From a virus, in the IMG/VR virus record IMGVR_UViG_2849231242_000001: a stretch of DNA of 64,000 nt. One strand, given 5' to 3'. A program made the translations under genes and the position numbers. A model generated the notes under the pieces. That model was not told where the DNA came from and made no database searches. It worked only from the letters and a program-made list of their open reading frames with translations. Positions 48,131-57,478 of this stretch are shown in pieces; position 1 is the stretch's first letter; each line of letters starts with the position of its first letter.

Positions 48131-49081
48131 TTAGGTTTTAGCATCGCCCTGGGCGAGTACCTTGGCCAACTGGGCGCGCACGTCGGCCAGGGCAGTACGA
48201 TCGCTGAGCAGCATGCCGCGCAGTTCGGCCGCCTCTTCCGTCGCCTTGCGCTCATTGGCGCGCGCGTCTGCCGACAGCTTGCGCGACGACTCCAGTTCAC
48301 GCGAGGCACTTTCCAGCCGGGCCTGACAGCCTTGCACCGACAAGTTGGCGTTGGCCAGCTCGCGCGTGGCGCCGCTCAATTGCCGCTCCAGCTCAACGAT
48401 GCGGGCGAGGGCGGTTTTCTCGCGCGCCTCGATGTCGCCGGCGCGCGTGTCAGCGGCATCGAGGCGCGCGGTCAATACCGCTGCCTGCTGTTCGGCCGCC
48501 ACCCGGCCGGCGTGCTCGCTGGCCGCCTCATTGCGCAGCGCCACCAGTTCGGCCTCGATGCGCGGCACCACTTCCAACTGGTGACGCGCCTTCGTCAACT
48601 CGGCACGCACCGCCTCGGCCGCGCGGCGCTCGTTGTCCAATTGCGTCTGCGTCGTCAGCGACTCGGCTTCGACCTGGAGTATGCGCCCCTGCAAGATGGC
48701 CAGTTCATTACGCGCGGCGTGCAGCGCTTCTGCATTCGCATCGAGCTCCTTCGCCTGGGCCTCGTTCTCCGTGGCCAGGTCGGCGGCTTCCTGCAATTGG
48801 TCCACCAGCTCGGCCTCGATCGTGGCTGTACTAGCGGCCAGTTCTTGCGCGAGGAATTCGAGGATGGCGCGCTGCAATGGCGCCGGCAGGGTGAGGGAGG
48901 CGTTGACCGCATGCTCTTCACCCGTTTTCCAGGTCTGCAACAATTTATTGATGGTGCCCATGCTGCCGATGTTGCCCAGCCGTTCACGCACGGCGCGCGA
49001 GGTGGGATTGGCACCGGCCGCTTTCATGGCGTCGGCGATGGCGGCGACTTGTACATAGGTGATGCTCGATTCCCGGCCCAT
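48131..49081 (-). CDS. kfrA: KfrA-like DNA-binding protein (N-terminal HTH plus long alpha-helical coiled coil)
   Basis: ITYVQVAAIADAMKAAGANPTSRAVRERLGNIGSMGTINKLLQTWK N-domain. Roughly 250 aa of Ala/Glu/Arg/Leu heptads. Confidence 0.7.
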   Translation of the reverse strand: MGRESSITYVQVAAIADAMKAAGANPTSRAVRERLGNIGSMGTINKLLQTWKTGEEHAVNASLTLPAPLQRAILEFLAQELAASTATIEAELVDQLQEAADLATENEAQAKELDANAEALHAARNELAILQGRILQVEAESLTTQTQLDNERRAAEAVRAELTKARHQLEVVPRIEAELVALRNEAASEHAGRVAAEQQAAVLTARLDAADTRAGDIEAREKTALARIVELERQLSGATRELANANLSVQGCQARLESASRELESSRKLSADARANERKATEEAAELRGMLLSDRTALADVRAQLAKVLAQGDAKT

Positions 49082-49100
49082 ACCATTCCTTGAAGGTGAT

Positions 49101-49140
49101 TGTTACGTTATGTTATGTTATTTTTTGTTATGTTACGTTA
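49101..49140. repeat. Four tandem 10-bp iteron-like repeats (TGTTAYGTTA) upstream of kfrA
   Basis: TGTTACGTTA TGTTATGTTA TTTTTTGTTA TGTTACGTTA, one per helical turn. Plausibly the KfrA operator and/or an origin element. Confidence 0.6.
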
Positions 49141-49477
49141 TGGAATGGTGCGGGGCAAGGGCGAAGGGAAGTTTCCATGCGGTCAATTTTACGCAGTTTT
49201 CCGGCCCGATGGTAAACAGGTGATTAGGAGAGTAATCACCCGTTAAGCCAAATTCGGCCGCCAGATGGCCGGCCGATATGCTGTGAGCAGGGGAGGGCAC
49301 AGCGTCCACGTACATCAGGCCTCGCCGCCTGGCACGCGTCGCCCGCCGCCTCAACTAGCCGCGCGTGGCGCCAACGCATCGCCCTGACTATGCGCCAGCA
49401 CTATTAAATTGCACATTTTTTGAACATGTTGTCGATTAGGGCTACAATGGACATCAGTACACAGGAGGACAACCACT

Positions 49478-49696
49478 ATGAATACCGCTACTTTGCGCCG
49501 CCCAACCGGCGACGAACTGGAACGCGAAATTGAAGATATCGAATCGCGTATCCATGACGAGAACATCCGCACCACAATTCAAGAACGCATGGCGCGCGCG
49601 CGTCAGCCAGGCGCCGCCCGCGTATCGCACGGCGAAGCCTTCGCGCAATCGCGTGCCCGCCTGATGGACATGCTGACTGCGCCTGTCGATGGCTGA
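49478..49696 (+). CDS. Putative antitoxin (addiction-module component)
   Basis: 72 aa, acidic/basic helical. Overlaps the toxin gene by 8 nt. Preceded by the inverted repeat GGTGATTA-N6-TAATCACC (49219-49240). Confidence 0.5.
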   Translation: MNTATLRRPTGDELEREIEDIESRIHDENIRTTIQERMARARQPGAARVSHGEAFAQSRARLMDMLTAPVDG

Positions 49697-49997
49697 TTGG
49701 GCCATCGAATGGCTCGATGAGGCTGTCGAAGACAAAAACAAAATTGTCTTCTACATCGCTCGGCGCGACCCCGTTGCCGCGTTCGGCATCGATGAGGAAT
49801 TCGACAAGCAAGTCGGCGCGCTGGCGAGCTTTCCCGGCATGGGAAGAGTCGGCCGCATTCCTGGCAGCCGTGAGCTGTTGATGAATCCTTTGCATTACAT
49901 CGTCGTCTACGAGCTCAATACGGTCGATGAGATCGTGACCATTTTGCATATCTACGACGACAGGCAATCCGGACCACGCTTCATCCGCATTCGTTAA
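49689..49997 (+). CDS. ParE/RelE-family toxin
   Basis: 102 aa. KIVFYIARRDPVAA...LLMNPLHYIVVYELNTVDEIVTILHIYDDRQ is a typical ParE/RelE fold sequence. Confidence 0.65.
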   Translation: MADWAIEWLDEAVEDKNKIVFYIARRDPVAAFGIDEEFDKQVGALASFPGMGRVGRIPGSRELLMNPLHYIVVYELNTVDEIVTILHIYDDRQSGPRFIRIR

Positions 49998-50180
49998 TGC
50001 CAGCGGCGCGCACGCCGCACTATTTATGATCCTCTTCAGATCGCTGCACGCAGCCGCCGTGCAGCGATCTGCTGTGCCCGCACCCATCTAGCAGGCAAGC
50101 CCTTTCGCCAGCCTGACTCCCACCTTCCTACCCAAGACGCCCCCATGGCGGGTTTATCGCGCATTTTTACGCGCAAAGCA

Positions 50181-50220
50181 TTACAACTTTGTATTGCACA
50201 TTACAATAAATTGTTACAAT
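50181..50220 (+). promoter_or_regulatory. Copy 1 of a duplicated ~40-bp promoter/operator element
   Basis: TTACAACTTTGTATTGCACATTACAATAAATTGTTACAAT. 38/40 identical to the element at 52761-52800. Contains three TTACAA(T) hexamers. Confidence 0.5.
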
Positions 50221-50255
50221 CGGCTCCCTATTATTGCGCGCAAGCCGGAGCCACC

Positions 50256-52154
50256 ATGTCCCTCGAAGAAGACGTCAGTAAACTGACACAAGCCACCACG
50301 GAGCTAATCAAAGCCGTCAACGTTCAAAAATCCTACCTCGACGCGGCGGCAAAAGCGGCCATCGCCGGCGTCACCGTCCAGGGCGCGATCGTGCCGACAC
50401 CCGGGAAATCGCCCGTCGGGAATGCAAATGGTTTATTTGACCCAGCCTGGCTTGATCCGAGCTTGCCGCTTGCCTCACCTCTTTCGGTGGGAGCAGTCAA
50501 CAAGTATGGATACACCTTCATGCAAGGTGGCCAAGGCCAGCGTCTGTTCAAGCTCGCAACGATGCTGGGGAATGGCCTCAGTACATATGCATCCTTACGT
50601 ATCGACGCCATGATCGGTAATTGGCTGGGCTCGGAACTTACAGCCATGACTATTGTTCTGGGTAGCCGTAACGATGCTACTGGTTTGTCGGTAGACTGGA
50701 ACACTACTCGTTTTGTGGCGAGCAACGTCCGTTTTGTTGCTTACAAGGAAGCCAATGGTGAAATTTCAGTGTATCTCTTCTTTTTAGCGGGATCTTATGC
50801 ACAGGCATCATTACAAATGATGGGCATGCAGACCGTGACTTACGCTGCACCAGCAGCTGTCAGTTCTGTTACAGGTACGCTAATCTGGGATAGCTCGGTT
50901 GGGCCAGAAGTTAGCAGCGCCTACCGTTCGCCGCGCTCCCGTGGCACGGGCCCTGCTTCAGTTCCAGGGGTACTGAATGGCACCAGTTTTGATAGTCTTG
51001 TCGAAGTGCGTGCGCAGGACGGTATCACTTCTTCTGTGTCGTACCTTGCAGGTGCGCCAAAAGCGGACTCAATGGCAGCGAAACAAGAGGCAGAAGCCCT
51101 GCGTATTGGGGTGTCGGGAAATACGGGAATATCTTATGCTGGTTTCTTCCAAGGCTTGGTATCCGTGGCTGAAAATAACAGCCCATTCGCATTGGGGTAC
51201 AAACTGTCGTTTAAGGCACGAGATGTAGGTTCTGGCAACTTCACCCCGACACTGTTCTCCATTACCGGCAATGGCCAAGTCTACATGCCTGTTATCAAAG
51301 TCGGGACAAATGACACCTCGGCAATCAATGTCATAGCCGTAGCCGGTGTTGAAGGAACCGATATATTAACGATTGTCGACGCTACCGGCTATCGCAAGTG
51401 TAATGGCGAATGGGGCAATCTCACAAATGCCGCTCAGATTGTGAAGGCGAACTCAGTTACCGGCCGCAGTAGCAATAACCGGGGCACTGTCAACACGATG
51501 GGTAACGATTATGCCGAGTACATTTTCAAAAGCCCATCATGCGGGAACGTCGCGCCAGGTCAAATTGTCGGCATCAGCGCGGACAATAAAATCACCGATC
51601 AATGGGCTGGCACCGTATTGTTTTCGATTAAATCAACTGCCCCATCATTTGTCGGCGGCGATTCTTGGGCCGACAATGTAGGACGCCGTCCAGATCCCCT
51701 AGCTGGCGCAGCACCCATCCAGCCCATGCGCCGTGAAACAACAACCGCGCAGCAGCCTGTTCCAGGCACCAATCCCCCGGAATACGAGGATGTGGTCACC
51801 GAGGCTGGCGACAGCGATGACGAATGGGCCGCCAAGCAGGCGGTCTACGCAGATACTCTAGCGGCCTACACTGCGGCTGTGCAGCAGGATGCTGACGCCA
51901 TGGCGGCCTTCGATGCTTTGCTGGAAGCGGAGCGCGAGAAGGTAGATCGCATCGCCATCGCGGGCCGGGTACCGGTCAATGTGCTGGACGCCCAGCCTGG
52001 CGATTACATCGTGCCGGTGCAAGACGGCGCAGGCATCAAGGGCATTCCTGTGCACGAGGATAATCTCACCATGAAACAGTACCTGAGTGCAGTCGGGCGC
52101 GTGATCTCGATCGAGCCGGACGGCCGGGCCTACGTGATGGTCAAGGTCGTGTAG
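50256..52154 (+). CDS. Large fiber-like/adhesin-like protein (633 aa) of unknown function
   Basis: Start at MSLEEDVSKLTQATTELIKAVN. Beta-rich Ser/Gly/Thr/Asn composition. Acidic C-terminal region. Confidence 0.5.
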   Translation: MSLEEDVSKLTQATTELIKAVNVQKSYLDAAAKAAIAGVTVQGAIVPTPGKSPVGNANGLFDPAWLDPSLPLASPLSVGAVNKYGYTFMQGGQGQRLFKLATMLGNGLSTYASLRIDAMIGNWLGSELTAMTIVLGSRNDATGLSVDWNTTRFVASNVRFVAYKEANGEISVYLFFLAGSYAQASLQMMGMQTVTYAAPAAVSSVTGTLIWDSSVGPEVSSAYRSPRSRGTGPASVPGVLNGTSFDSLVEVRAQDGITSSVSYLAGAPKADSMAAKQEAEALRIGVSGNTGISYAGFFQGLVSVAENNSPFALGYKLSFKARDVGSGNFTPTLFSITGNGQVYMPVIKVGTNDTSAINVIAVAGVEGTDILTIVDATGYRKCNGEWGNLTNAAQIVKANSVTGRSSNNRGTVNTMGNDYAEYIFKSPSCGNVAPGQIVGISADNKITDQWAGTVLFSIKSTAPSFVGGDSWADNVGRRPDPLAGAAPIQPMRRETTTAQQPVPGTNPPEYEDVVTEAGDSDDEWAAKQAVYADTLAAYTAAVQQDADAMAAFDALLEAEREKVDRIAIAGRVPVNVLDAQPGDYIVPVQDGAGIKGIPVHEDNLTMKQYLSAVGRVISIEPDGRAYVMVKVV

Positions 52155-52234
52155 GACAGCAGTATTCTCCCCTGGCTATTCCCTGCCGGCGGCACGTATA
52201 AGTAAACGCCGCAGAGGATAGCCAGTCATTCAGA

Positions 52235-52594
52235 TTAAGCCGCGCCGCCTAGTTCCAGTATTTTCAGGCTTTCGTCTTCACCGGAATGCGCCAAGCTGGC
52301 GCCAGTAATCAAGACGAACATCTGCAAGGTGCTAAAGTGAGCCGGTGATGGAACAGTTAATGGCGAAGGAATCCGGCCCAGATCATGATACGCATTCACT
52401 AGCGCTTGAATGGACGGCCTGGCAGCGGCTGTTCCGCTAAGGGCAATGACAGAAGCAATTCCACCGACATAATTGTCAAATTCATTTTCAAAACGCTCGA
52501 CGTAAGATTCTGCCGAAGTTCGCTTCAAATGTTCGGAAAGCGTAGTGCATTCCTCGTGCACGCAATGGTGCCTGGTGCCATTTTCGATATTCAT
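52235..52594 (-). CDS. Hypothetical protein (119 aa)
   Basis: ORF convergent with the 633-aa gene. Confidence 0.35.
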   Translation of the reverse strand: MNIENGTRHHCVHEECTTLSEHLKRTSAESYVERFENEFDNYVGGIASVIALSGTAAARPSIQALVNAYHDLGRIPSPLTVPSPAHFSTLQMFVLITGASLAHSGEDESLKILELGGAA

Positions 52595-52760
52595 CGCAGT
52601 CTTTCAAAAAATAGAAAAAACAGGGACGCAGATCGTATTGGAATGAACACGCTCTACGTGTGAGGTGGTGCCTATCATACCGCCTAATCGAAGGCTGACG
52701 CCCATATTGGCCATGCGGGTCACTCGCCTGCAAACGCATCCCTGCGCGCATGCATGCGGG

Positions 52761-52800
52761 CTACAATTTTGTATTGCACATTACAATTTATTGTTACAAT
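52761..52800 (+). promoter_or_regulatory. Copy 2 of the duplicated ~40-bp promoter/operator element
   Basis: CTACAATTTTGTATTGCACATTACAATTTATTGTTACAAT, 12 nt upstream of the ATG at 52812. Confidence 0.5.
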
Positions 52801-52811
52801 TCTGGTTCACA

Positions 52812-53045
52812 ATGGATTGCACAATACAAATCATGATCCCCATCTACATCGGCCTGCTGCATGCGGGCCTGGAAGTTATGCGTTCGCAGCAGGCTGCGGC
52901 TATGCTGCAAGCCAAGTATCGCCGCCAGGCGCAAGAACTTGCAGAGATGATGGCGCGCGCCAGCGGCGATGTGATCGACGTCGACGCGCGCTTCATCGAT
53001 GAGCCGTTGGCATTGCCGCTGGACGACCAGCTGGGCCAGCCATGA
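52812..53045 (+). CDS. Hypothetical small protein (77 aa)
   Basis: MDCTIQIMIPIYIGLLHAGLEV.... First gene after repeat copy 2. ATGA overlap with the SprT-like gene. Confidence 0.4.
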   Translation: MDCTIQIMIPIYIGLLHAGLEVMRSQQAAAMLQAKYRRQAQELAEMMARASGDVIDVDARFIDEPLALPLDDQLGQP

Positions 53046-53773
53046 AGCAAACGGCCGTCGTCTATGGCGAATTACAGCTGGTGTACGACACGTTCAATGC
53101 AGCGTTGTTCGATTCAAGCCTGGCGGACTGCCTGCTGACGTTGCAGCGCAAAGACCGTACCATGGGCTATTTTTCGCCGGGGCGCTTCGGCAACCACCAG
53201 GGCGACAAGCTGCATGAAATTGCGCTGAACCCCGATTGCTTCGCCGTCGTGCCGCTGATCGAGATCATGGCCACCATTGCCCACGAAATGGCGCACCTGT
53301 GGCAGCACCAGCACGGCACGCCAGGACGCGGGCGCTACCACGACAAGGAGTGGGGCGACAAGATGGAGGCGATAGGCCTCATGCCGTCCTCGACGGGCCT
53401 GCCAGGGGGCAAGAAGACCGGCGACAAGGTGGCCGACTACCCGATCGCCGGCGGGCGCTTCCTGGCCGTGTGCGACCAGCTGCTCACCAATGATTTCAAA
53501 ATATCCTGGTACGACAGGTTCAGTACCGTGCGCCCGTACACCGCCGGCGCCGCCGCGCCCGGCCTCGGCCTGAACCTGCCGCCGGCGGCCGTGGCCGTGG
53601 CCGCTGAGAGCGGCGTGCAGATGGCGCCGCCGGCGCTGACCGCCTCGGGCGCCGTGGCCAACAAGAGCAACCGTTCGAAATACCGCTGCCAGTGCAACCA
53701 ACAGGTATGGGGCAAGCCAGGCCTGAAACTGCGCTGCGAGACGTGCGAGCACCTGTTCGAGGAACAGGCTTAG
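53042..53773 (+). CDS. SprT-like zinc metalloprotease with C-terminal zinc ribbon
   Basis: HEMAHLWQHQHG (HExxH). C-terminal YRCQCNQQVWGKPGLKLRCETCEH zinc-ribbon. Confidence 0.65.
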   Translation: MKQTAVVYGELQLVYDTFNAALFDSSLADCLLTLQRKDRTMGYFSPGRFGNHQGDKLHEIALNPDCFAVVPLIEIMATIAHEMAHLWQHQHGTPGRGRYHDKEWGDKMEAIGLMPSSTGLPGGKKTGDKVADYPIAGGRFLAVCDQLLTNDFKISWYDRFSTVRPYTAGAAAPGLGLNLPPAAVAVAAESGVQMAPPALTASGAVANKSNRSKYRCQCNQQVWGKPGLKLRCETCEHLFEEQA

Positions 53774-53877
53774 CAGGGGCAGGAGGGACCGTCAGGGGCG
53801 CGCCAAATAATCTAAGTTTGGCGCCAAGCGCTCCTATACTCGGCCGCGCACCACCTCCCTCCACTCTGAAAGCCATT

Positions 53878-54420
53878 ATGCAACGCACGTATCGCTCGAT
53901 GTCCTTGATGTTGGCGGCCGCCCTGGCCCTGACCGCCTGCGGCCACGACGCGCCGCCGGCGCAAACCACCCACCCCAACGCCGCGACAGCGCCGGCAGCG
54001 GCCCCCGTCATCGTCAATGCCGCGCCGGCCCAGTCGGGCATGACCGACTTGCTGACGGGCGGCGCCCTGGGCTACCTTCTGGGCAAGTCGAGCAGCGGTG
54101 GTGGCCATGCCGCGCCCGCGCCGTCCAGCGCCACCGTGCACAAGACCATCGTGCACCAAACCGTGGTGCAGGCGGCCCCGGTGGCGCGCCCGGCGGCGCC
54201 TGTTGCCGTGCTGCCGTCCGCCACGCCCAAGCCGGCCAGCACCACGGCCGTGACGTTGGCCAAGCCAGCCCCCAGCTACGCCCCGCGCAGCGCCTATGCC
54301 AGCACGACGGGCAGCAGCGCATACCGCGCCGCCGCCGCGCCGGCGCGCGCAGTAACGACCACGGCGCCTTCCTACGCCCGTAGCTACTCGCCGCCGGCCA
54401 CCTACAGCGGGCGCCGCTGA
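53878..54420 (+). CDS. Pro/Ala-rich lipoprotein
   Basis: Signal peptide plus lipobox MSLMLAAALALTAC. Low-complexity A/P/T-rich mature region. Confidence 0.55.
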   Translation: MQRTYRSMSLMLAAALALTACGHDAPPAQTTHPNAATAPAAAPVIVNAAPAQSGMTDLLTGGALGYLLGKSSSGGGHAAPAPSSATVHKTIVHQTVVQAAPVARPAAPVAVLPSATPKPASTTAVTLAKPAPSYAPRSAYASTTGSSAYRAAAAPARAVTTTAPSYARSYSPPATYSGRR

Positions 54421-54515
54421 TCGCGCGCACCATGCTGGGCCCGCCTGCCATCCATGTATTGCACCTCCAGGCGCCACGCAGTCGCCTGCCCCAACCTACC
54501 CACCAGGAGAACACC

Positions 54516-54701
54516 ATGATCGATGTCAAAAAGCTGATGAAAGAAGCCACCAAGGAAGTGGGCGAAGAACGCCGTACCAAGGCCAAGAATGCGCTGGTGG
54601 CGGCACTGCGCCGGCGCGAAAGCGCGCTGCAGGTCGTGCGTAACTGCGAGGCGGAAATTACGGATCTGCAAGCGAGCATCGAAGATGGCTCGTTTAACTG
54701 A
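54516..54701 (+). CDS. Hypothetical small helical protein (61 aa)
   Basis: AGGAGA SD. MIDVKKLMKEATKEVGEERR... Confidence 0.4.
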   Translation: MIDVKKLMKEATKEVGEERRTKAKNALVAALRRRESALQVVRNCEAEITDLQASIEDGSFN

Positions 54702-55368
54702 TCGCATCCCCCTGGTGCAGTCCGAGCCCGTTCCGGTCCAGTTGTGCGGGTTCTTCTCGAACACGTACCTCCTGGGCCGGCAGGGCTGGAAGCTGGCCCT
54801 GGACGAAAACTACATGGACCCCTATGCCTCGCGAGCGATGCTGCACCACGAACGCCTGGAGCTGACGTTGTTCGGCCAGCTGCGGGGCGGCACGCTCTTG
54901 CGCAGAACGCGCATGGACCGGGGCTATGGTGGCGGGCCAAACAGCGCGCATTTCGGCAACTACTCCAACTTTGAACGCCAGGAACGGGCCTGGTATGCCG
55001 CAGTGGATGAAGACAGCCCCCATATTGAGTTACAGCGCGCCGGTGGGCGTAGCACCCATGTGCTCCAGATGCCATCGTTGAAGGAAATGAGCTGGCGCGA
55101 TACGCAACCTGAATTATGCGAGGCGGCGACCAGCAGCGAGCTGTACCGTTTACCTCTCTTTGCCGAGCTCCACGCGGCGCGCCCGGACACGCAGGAATTG
55201 ATCGTGGAGCCGGCCGACGTGCAATGCCTGCTCGATCAGATCCTGGCGGCGCAGGGGCCGATGCGGCGCGAGATTCGCGCCCGCGACAAACGCCGCGATG
55301 CCGATAGCAGCGCAGCTGCTGCACCACGCCAGGTGCATGCCCAGATCGTCTCGCTACACGCGGCCTAA
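54685..55368 (+). CDS. Hypothetical protein (227 aa)
   Basis: Start at MARLTDRIPLVQSEP, inside ORF 54589..55368. Confidence 0.4.
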   Translation: MARLTDRIPLVQSEPVPVQLCGFFSNTYLLGRQGWKLALDENYMDPYASRAMLHHERLELTLFGQLRGGTLLRRTRMDRGYGGGPNSAHFGNYSNFERQERAWYAAVDEDSPHIELQRAGGRSTHVLQMPSLKEMSWRDTQPELCEAATSSELYRLPLFAELHAARPDTQELIVEPADVQCLLDQILAAQGPMRREIRARDKRRDADSSAAAAPRQVHAQIVSLHAA

Positions 55369-55599
55369 TCCACCTCCCTTCCTCACCCACCCTGCGTCGC
55401 CACGGCGCAGGGTTATTCCCAGAAATTGCCCTGCCATCGTGCGTTTTAGCATGCCGTTTTAAAACGTCTACATGCCCGCTTAAAAACGCTTTTTAAATGA
55501 ATTGTGCCAATTTGTTTAAATTTTCGTTGTCTTCGTGGATAGTTTGCCCCTATCATTACAACAGTTTGTTGTAACTCGCACTTTAACCACGGAGAAAGC

Positions 55600-55914
55600 A
55601 TGAACACAGTTGATATATCCACCCTGACGATTCCTGAATTAAAAGGCCTGCAATCGGACGTTGCCAAGCTCATCGAGAAACGCAATACCGATGCAATCAG
55701 CAACGCCCGCGCGCAAATCGCCGAGATTGCCAAGAATGCAGGCATCAACCTGAAAGACCTGGTGGCCAAGGGCGACAAGGGCGACGTAAAAAAAGCCCCG
55801 ATCAAATTCCGCGACCCGACTGACGCGAATAACACCTGGAGTGGACGCGGGCGCCTGCCGAACTGGGCGCTGAAAATGAAAGAGGCCGGCACGCTCGACA
55901 GCGCGCGCGTTTAA
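55600..55914 (+). CDS. H-NS/MvaT-family nucleoid-associated protein (xenogeneic silencer-like)
   Basis: C-terminal DNA-binding motif TWSGRGRLPNWAL. N-terminal coiled-coil. AT-rich promoter with TTTAAAA repeats upstream. Confidence 0.7.
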   Translation: MNTVDISTLTIPELKGLQSDVAKLIEKRNTDAISNARAQIAEIAKNAGINLKDLVAKGDKGDVKKAPIKFRDPTDANNTWSGRGRLPNWALKMKEAGTLDSARV

Positions 55915-55929
55915 TTCACACAGGACACC

Positions 55930-56490
55930 ATGACAATGATCCACCAGAAACAAATCACCCGTTATTCCATGCGTACCACCGATGGGCAGCATGCAACGAT
56001 CGCGCTCGATATCGGCGCCGATTCCGTGACCTTCATGGCCGATAGCTCCTTCGGCCCGTTTTGCCACCGCTGGAATGGGACGGGCGGCAACCCGATCCCC
56101 TTCTTGCGGGGCCTGCGCTTTGATGACGTCATGCAGCAGCTGCGTGGCGACGCCAGCCGCATCTTCGACCGCGAAGCGCAAGAAAAGGTGCTGCAAGCGC
56201 GTACTATCACCCTGCGCCGCCAGCGCAAGTTCGATGCCGAGCAGGCGCGCTGGTGCTTCGAAGAAGTCGGCCATGTGTGCGACGCGCGCAACCTCGACCA
56301 GTTCTGGGCCAACCTGTTTCATAGCGACCTGTCGCTGCACCTGTTCAATAATTGCATTGCGGGCTTTTCCGCTGAAACGCGCGCGCACCCCCATTGCGTC
56401 GATTTCTGGGACTTGATGTGGGTCCCGTTGATGGCCCAGCTGGCGCGCGACACGGCGCTGGCGACCGCACGCGGCGAGGTGGCGGCATGA
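55930..56490 (+). CDS. Hypothetical protein (186 aa), gene 1 of a five-gene coupled operon
   Basis: ORF. The downstream gene start overlaps it by ATGA. Confidence 0.45.
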   Translation: MTMIHQKQITRYSMRTTDGQHATIALDIGADSVTFMADSSFGPFCHRWNGTGGNPIPFLRGLRFDDVMQQLRGDASRIFDREAQEKVLQARTITLRRQRKFDAEQARWCFEEVGHVCDARNLDQFWANLFHSDLSLHLFNNCIAGFSAETRAHPHCVDFWDLMWVPLMAQLARDTALATARGEVAA

Positions 56491-56792
56491 CGAAGATCAC
56501 CAAAGAAGCGCAATTCATCGCTGATATGATCCGCTGCCGTGGCATGGAGTGGGTGCGCCTGGGCATGCAGGTGGAAGTGGCGGGCAGCATGGGCACCATC
56601 GTTGGCATGAATTCTAGCGCCAACCTGGACGTCGTATTTGCCAATCGCCTCAAGTACGGCAAGGGGCCGAGCAACTGCCATCCCTGGTGGGAAACGCGCT
56701 ATTTCGATCGGGACGGGACGGTGATCAAGGACTACCGCCGTCAGCCAACGGCGATATCCCTGGACCTGACGCCTGCGGCGGTGGTTGCATGA
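56487..56792 (+). CDS. Hypothetical protein (101 aa), gene 2 of the operon
   Basis: MTKITKEAQFIADMIRCRGMEWV.... ATGA overlaps at both ends. Confidence 0.45.
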   Translation: MTKITKEAQFIADMIRCRGMEWVRLGMQVEVAGSMGTIVGMNSSANLDVVFANRLKYGKGPSNCHPWWETRYFDRDGTVIKDYRRQPTAISLDLTPAAVVA

Positions 56793-57478
56793 GTTACCGC
56801 CTCACCGAAGCGCAGTTCTTCAAGGATATTGCTAAACATGACATGATCGTGATTCGTGACGAAGGGAACAACCGCCATATCCGCTTCAAGCAACCTGGCA
56901 CCAACAACGCCCATTTCGACCTGATCACCTGGCCGGGCCACCTCTGCTATACCGGAGACATGGGCACCTATGTGTTTCAACGCGTGCCTGATATGTTTGC
57001 GTTCTTTCGCACCTCCAGCGTCGAAGGTGGCGATGCGGATACGCTGCATATCAACGTGGAATACTGGACGGAGAAACTGATTGCTGTCGATGGCAACCGT
57101 GACGGTGGCAAGGTCAAGGCATTCGTCGAGGACAAGTTCAAACGCGTCATCAATGAATACCGCGTGCAGTGGATGCGCGATGCCAAGGCAACGGGCGCGC
57201 TCGACAAGGACAGCCGGCGCCAGTTGTGGGAAGCGGTAGACGACGAGGTGCTGTACCGGCTGGGGGACGGCGCAGATCGCGCAGAACTCGCCGCCTATGA
57301 CTTCTGTTATAACCCGCACCCGAAAAAGGAATATAGCTGGCAGTTCGAGGAACTGTTCGAGCACGACTTCACCGAATTTACGACCAGCATCCGCTGGTGT
57401 TGCTATGCACTGGCCTGGGGCATCAAGAAATACGACGCCTCCAAAGTCACCGCCCTTCCCGAAGGAGCCGCAGCATGA
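56789..57478 (+). CDS. Hypothetical protein (229 aa), gene 3 of the operon
   Basis: MSYRLTEAQFFKDIAKHDMIVIRDEG.... ATGA overlap with the methyltransferase gene. Confidence 0.45.
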   Translation: MSYRLTEAQFFKDIAKHDMIVIRDEGNNRHIRFKQPGTNNAHFDLITWPGHLCYTGDMGTYVFQRVPDMFAFFRTSSVEGGDADTLHINVEYWTEKLIAVDGNRDGGKVKAFVEDKFKRVINEYRVQWMRDAKATGALDKDSRRQLWEAVDDEVLYRLGDGADRAELAAYDFCYNPHPKKEYSWQFEELFEHDFTEFTTSIRWCCYALAWGIKKYDASKVTALPEGAAA

